In this document: piece after piece, positions 59,702 through 64,000 of the stretch
How the letters are laid out: every line of letters begins with the position of its first letter
Position numbering within the stretch: position 1 is the stretch's first letter
Assembly: GCA_965217775.1 (NCBI GenBank)
Contig: CBDCJH010000002.1
Coordinates: forward strand, 2,336,001-2,400,000
Direction of reading: 5' to 3'
DNA: 64,000 nucleotides
DNA from: Acidobacteriota bacterium
Lineage (GTDB): Bacteria; Acidobacteriota; UBA6911; RPQK01; JAJDTT01
Program-made: the position numbers and the translations under genes
The notes under the pieces: model-generated
Told to the model about the DNA's origin: nothing
The model's database searches: none
The model's input: only the letters and a program-made list of their open reading frames with translations

Positions 59702-59887
59702 CGTATTTTCGGCGATGAGGTGATGGCCGCCGCGCTCTTGGATTGGTTGCTCCACCGCTGCCACATCGGCAACATCCGGAGCAACATCTATCGGATGCGC
59801 CGCCACGCCGAACTCTCCAAGGCGATCCATCCCGCCGCCGGTCGAAGACCTGCTGAACCTCTCGCCGCCCGGGGAACCGTGTCATGA
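59702..59887 (+). pseudogene. istB: IS21-family istB 3' fragment
   Basis: Reads RIFGDEVMAAALLDWLLHRCHIGNIRSNIYRMR, matching the IstB C-terminal motif GD...A.A.LDRL.H......I.G.SYR. Confidence 0.75.
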
Positions 59888-60141
59888 CAGCCCCCAGGGT
59901 TCCGTCGGTCTGCCCCGCTTCGGTCGCTCCACTCCCTACGCGGGCCAGACCGAAAACCCTGATATTTTCGATGTTATGTGGAACTCAACATAACATCCAA
60001 TATGTTGCGGTCCGGATTATGTGGCGGACAGTCCGTATCATCCTGCTGCACATGAGAACACGCCGTATCTCAGCAACATAATTATCTGACTGGAAGTCGT
60101 TCGACCATAATCATGTCTTCACCCCACAAGGAGGCACGATC

Positions 60142-61435
60142 AGGTTCGAGGCCCTGTTCATCGACCGCGGCACGATAGCCCGTTATCGCTGCGAACCGTT
60201 GCTGGAAGAACGGCTGAGCTACCTGAGGCATTGCGCGCAGGAGGGCGCGCGGCCGCTCACATTACGCACGATCGCAGCGGCTCAGATCACGCTGATTCGT
60301 CTTCTGGACTTGCGAGCAGGCGAGCGCGTCAGCGTGCCCCGGATCGAGGCGGCGGCCGAACGTCGATCGAGTCGCCCGGCGCAACCGAGGGTGCGCCGGA
60401 TCTTCGTCAGCCGCGCAGTGCGATGGCTACGCTTCGCGGATCTGCTCGATGAGCCCTGTAGGGTGCGGCAACGACACGCCCACGTCGCCGAGGTCACGGT
60501 CTTCCGGGAGTGGATGCGCAAAGAGCGCGGATGGTCCGAGGCGACGATCCGCAATTGTTGCCATACGATTGACCGCTTCTTCGACTGGCTCGGCGAGTGG
60601 GGCATTGCCCTGGATGCGGTCGTTGTCACCGACATCGACCGGGCTGTCATGCGCTGGCACGGCCGCGGCTGCAGTCGGAGCACGATCCGCATTTACGGGC
60701 AGCGTCTGCGCACTTTTTTCCGGTTCGCCGAACGCCATGGCTGGTGTACACGGGGGCTGGCTGACGGGATCATGCCGGTGCGGTTCCATCCCGGTGAGAC
60801 GCTCCCGAAGGGACTCAACCGGGACGAGGTGCTACGCCTGCTCGCAACCACCGAGGGCAACCGGCAGGCCGACCTTCGCGACCGTGCCATCCTGATGGTG
60901 CTGATCGCGTACGGGTTGCGTGCCAGCGAGGTCGCCGGCCTCCGACTCGATGATCCGGACTGGGAAGAGGAGACGCTACGGGTACGCCGCCCCAAGTCGG
61001 GATGCACCCATCACTATCCGCTTTCCCGCGGCGTCGGGCAGGCGATCGTGCGTTACCTCACCGAGGTTCGTCCCCCGCGCCCGGAGAGGGCGCGCCTTGG
61101 CGCGTTGAATCGCCGCGTCCTGCGCCGTTCGTCCCCCGCGCCCGGAGAGGGCGCTGTTCCTCACGCTGATCGCTCCGACCCGTCCGGTGACCCGGTAGGC
61201 AGTTTCGAACGTCGTCAGGACACGCCTCGATCGGCTCGGTATCACCGGCAAGCGTCGCGGTGCCCATGCGCTTCGTCATGCTGCCGCCCAGCACCTGCTC
61301 GACCACGGCCTGTCGATCAAGGAGGTCGGCGATTACCTCGGCCATCGCAGCACCTCGTCCACCGCAGTGTACGCCAAGGTGCAACTCAGCACCCTCCGTG
61401 AGGTCGCCGACATCGACCTGGAGGGCCTGACATGA
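60142..61435 (+). pseudogene. RitA tyrosine recombinase, disrupted
   Basis: RDRAIL...YGLRASEV, then after a 61-bp insertion HALRH...LGH...VYAK in another frame; TAG at 61196-61198; AGG where ATG is expected after GGAGG. Confidence 0.85.
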
Positions 61436-62385
61436 TGCTCCGGGATGCGGTCAACGACTATATCGCCTGGCGTCAGGCCCATGGCGCCAAGTTCGACACC
61501 GGCGCATATCTATTGCACCGGTTCCTGAAGCATGTCGGCGGGAGCGCCGGCTGCGATGCTGTCTCCCCAGCCGACGTTCTGGACTTCCTTGCCGGTAAAG
61601 GTCCGCTCACCCGGTATCGGGCCGGCAAGTACAGCGTCCTGGCCGGCTTCTACCGCTACGCGATCAGCCGCAGCTACGTGATCCGGTCGCCGCTTCCGGC
61701 GCGCGATGATGAGCCGACTCGACCGCGGTCGTCACCACCTTACGTGTACTCCCGTAACGAGTTGCAACGCTTGTTCGACGCCATCGATGTCAGTCGGCAA
61801 CGTTCAATCCAGCTCGACGCCGATACCCTGCGGGCACTGCTCCAGCTTCTCTACGGCGCGGGACTGCGATTCGGTGAGGCCCAGCGCCTGACCCTCGACG
61901 ATGTGGACCTGCCCGATGCGCTGCTGACCATACGTAACACCAAGTTCTACAAGACCCGCCTCGTTCCCGTCTGCCGGCAACTTGCCGACGCGCTGAAGAC
62001 CTATGCCGCCCGGCGCGCAGAACGCCCCTTCCCCAAGGGCACGGCCTCGACCTTCCTCGCCAACCGCGACGGGACGCCCTTGGTCCAGCGCACCGCCGCG
62101 CACGCGTTCACCAAGCTGCTCAAGGAGGCCGGAATCGAAGGTCGCAACGACGGGCGGCGAGCTCCGTGCTTTCATTCCCTGCGCCATGCCGCAGCCGTAC
62201 ACCGGCTGGAGTCCTGGTACCGGCAGGGCGCCGATGTCCAGCGACTGCTGCCGACGCTATCCATCTGGCTCGGCCACACTGATCTCAACGGCACCCGGAT
62301 CTATCTGTCGATGACGCCCGAACTCCTGCATCAGGCTTCGGTCCGTTTCGACGCCTACGTCAACGGAGGAGGAGACCATGAGTGA
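61432..62385 (+). CDS. RitB tyrosine recombinase
   Basis: PYVYS, LYGAGLRFGEA, TKFYKTRLVP, HSLRH, WLGH, TRIYL. Confidence 0.9.
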   Translation: MMLRDAVNDYIAWRQAHGAKFDTGAYLLHRFLKHVGGSAGCDAVSPADVLDFLAGKGPLTRYRAGKYSVLAGFYRYAISRSYVIRSPLPARDDEPTRPRSSPPYVYSRNELQRLFDAIDVSRQRSIQLDADTLRALLQLLYGAGLRFGEAQRLTLDDVDLPDALLTIRNTKFYKTRLVPVCRQLADALKTYAARRAERPFPKGTASTFLANRDGTPLVQRTAAHAFTKLLKEAGIEGRNDGRRAPCFHSLRHAAAVHRLESWYRQGADVQRLLPTLSIWLGHTDLNGTRIYLSMTPELLHQASVRFDAYVNGGGDHE

Positions 62386-63373
62386 TCCCCGCACGCTCGG
62401 CCCCTGGCTGCGCCGATTCCTGGCCGAATACATCGTCACCGAGCGCAACCTCGCCCGCAACACACAGAAGAGCTACCGCGATACCTTCGCACTCCTGCTG
62501 CCGTTCGTCGGCGCCAAGGCCCGCAAGCCAGTCGAACGGATCGCGGTGCAGGACCTCACGGCCCGGCACGTGCGCCAGTTCCTCGACTATCTCGAGGATG
62601 ACCGCGGCTGCTCCGTGCAGACCCGCAACCAGCGGCTGTCGGCGATCCGCGCCTTCGCACGCTTCATCGCCAGCCGCGATCCCGAACCTATCGAGTGGAG
62701 CGGCAGTATCCGTGCGATTGCCTCGAAGAAGGCCGTGCCGAAGCCGATCGGCTGGCTCAGCAAGACCGAGATGAAGGACCTGCTCGAGGCCCCGGACCGC
62801 CGAACGCCGAGAGGCCGGGTCGAACACGCCCTGCTCCTGTTCCTCTACAACACCGGGGCACGCGTCTCCGAAACGACTCAGCTCGTGGCAGGCGATCTGC
62901 AAATCGGACGACGCGGCGGCGGGCAAGCGCTCGTCAACATCCACGGCAAGGGCCGAAAACACCGACAGTGTCCGCTGTGGCCCCGGACCGAAGCCGCGCT
63001 CACCGAGCTCTTGCAGGGACGGGCAGCCGGGGATGCCGTCTTCCTCAGCCGGCAGCGAAGAGCCTATACTCGGTTCGGAGTCTACCGGCTCGTCGAGCGC
63101 TCTGCGGCCCGCGTACCGTCGCTCGGCGGAAGGAGGATTACGCCTCACACAATCCGTCACACCAGCGCCTGCCACCTGCTCCAGGCCGGCATCGATCTGA
63201 ACACGATCCGCGCTTGGCTCGGTCATGCCAGCCTCGATACGACCAACATCTACGCCGAGATCGACCTGGAGATGAAAGCCAGGGCCATGGCGCTCTGCGA
63301 TGCCGCCGAGCCCGGATCGGATCGCCCGTGGAGGGCAAACATGGGACTGATCGCCTTCCTGGCCGCGCTCTGA
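62378..63373 (+). CDS. RitC tyrosine recombinase
   Basis: SYRDTF, TRNQRL.AIR.F, YNTGARVSE, GKGRK.R, PHTIRH, WLGHASLDTTNIYA. Confidence 0.9.
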   Translation: MSDPRTLGPWLRRFLAEYIVTERNLARNTQKSYRDTFALLLPFVGAKARKPVERIAVQDLTARHVRQFLDYLEDDRGCSVQTRNQRLSAIRAFARFIASRDPEPIEWSGSIRAIASKKAVPKPIGWLSKTEMKDLLEAPDRRTPRGRVEHALLLFLYNTGARVSETTQLVAGDLQIGRRGGGQALVNIHGKGRKHRQCPLWPRTEAALTELLQGRAAGDAVFLSRQRRAYTRFGVYRLVERSAARVPSLGGRRITPHTIRHTSACHLLQAGIDLNTIRAWLGHASLDTTNIYAEIDLEMKARAMALCDAAEPGSDRPWRANMGLIAFLAAL

Positions 63374-63562
63374 GTGAAGGAGATTATGTTGCTGAGATGC
63401 GGCGTGTTCTCATGTGCAGCAGGATGATACGGACTGTCCGCCACATAATCCGGACCGCAACATATTCGATGGTCATTGACAGCTCGCGAGCGCAGATTCT
63501 TACTTCGCCATCGAACGGTCAATGCGCATTTCGACCCGCACGGCCAAGTCCGAGCTTCCTGA

Positions 63563-64000
63563 TCAGGGTCGAGTGGGAGCCGTCGTTTCCGCCAGTTCAC
63601 TTCGAATGTCAGCCGCGATCTCGTCAACCTCCCGCGCGACCTGGGGCAACCGACCAAGCATCTGTTCCAACGCGGTGACCAGTGGTAGCAATCGGTTTGC
63701 AGACGATGATTCTTGAATCAAATCAAGCGCACGCGCGGGGCCAGCCACGGCGGCAAATTGGATCAAAAGTGGCACGCAGCCTTCGGGCAAACTGTGCATC
63801 GCTGGAAGGCACGCAAGAAACTTTGCGACCTCGATCTCACCGACGATTCCCACGGGCGCCGGTGGGTCTTCCGAATATGAGTCAGGCCCCAAAAACTTAG
63901 AGGGATGTCCGATTTTGGACCGGTAGATATCTATTCTCCGGGGATAGGTCACTCCGGCCTCGGCCGGGAATGCCTCGCCTGTATCCGGCAACTCGACGGG
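63563..64000 (-). CDS. C-terminal part of a hypothetical helical protein, running off the window
   Basis: Ends ALDLIQESSSANRLLPLVTALEQMLGRLPQVAREVDEIAADIR; no start visible with confidence. Confidence 0.35.
   Translation of the reverse strand, partial: PVELPDTGEAFPAEAGVTYPRRIDIYRSKIGHPSKFLGPDSYSEDPPAPVGIVGEIEVAKFLACLPAMHSLPEGCVPLLIQFAAVAGPARALDLIQESSSANRLLPLVTALEQMLGRLPQVAREVDEIAADIRSELAETTAPTRP

Larger units (their letters stand above)
59999..63466 (+). mobile_element. RIT element (recombinase in trio)
   Basis: Three overlapping tyrosine recombinase genes between 84-bp inverted repeats (59999-60082 and 63383-63466, one mismatch) containing TTATGT/ACATAA motifs. Confidence 0.9.

Noticed and set aside
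49339-63466. CRISPR-associated transposon (type I-B CAST) or functional Cas-RIT coupling
   Set aside because: No tnsA/B/C or tniQ is present, cas3 is intact, and the neighbouring elements are independent, decayed insertions with their own ends.
1-64000. rRNA, tRNA or riboswitch genes; self-targeting spacers
   Set aside because: None recognised by eye; Infernal, tRNAscan and BLAST would be needed to exclude them.

Overview
GC-rich (~60-65%) bacterial window. Gene content (GWxTD protein, carboxypeptidase-regulatory-domain TonB receptor, DUF1549/DUF1553 plus DUF1501 pair, several five-bladed beta-propeller hydrolase-like proteins, ankyrin protein) suggests Acidobacteriota, possibly host-associated; this is inference only. 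The left two thirds are metabolic and transport genes: beta-propeller hydrolases, a racemase/M24/phosphotriesterase operon, a Fur-boxed iron ABC transporter, two NCS2 permeases with an RsbW-like tail, a PQQ dehydrogenase, OSBS/NSAR and fhs. These are interrupted by defence and mobile modules: a type II R-M pair, DarTG with a nonsense-mutated darT, and a DUF3696 ATPase. The right end holds a complete type I-B (MYXAN) CRISPR-Cas locus with a 12-repeat array, followed by nested ISKra4, IS21 and RIT elements. Two signals stand out. (1) A tnpB gene is packaged alone between 22-bp terminal inverted repeats with a perfect 8-bp target duplication, i.e. DDE/IS1595-type ends rather than IS200/IS605 ends. 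(2) A 28-bp duplication plus a 33-bp insert inside ritA has the geometry of an off-target type I-E Cas1-Cas2 spacer integration. No rRNA or tRNA genes were recognised.
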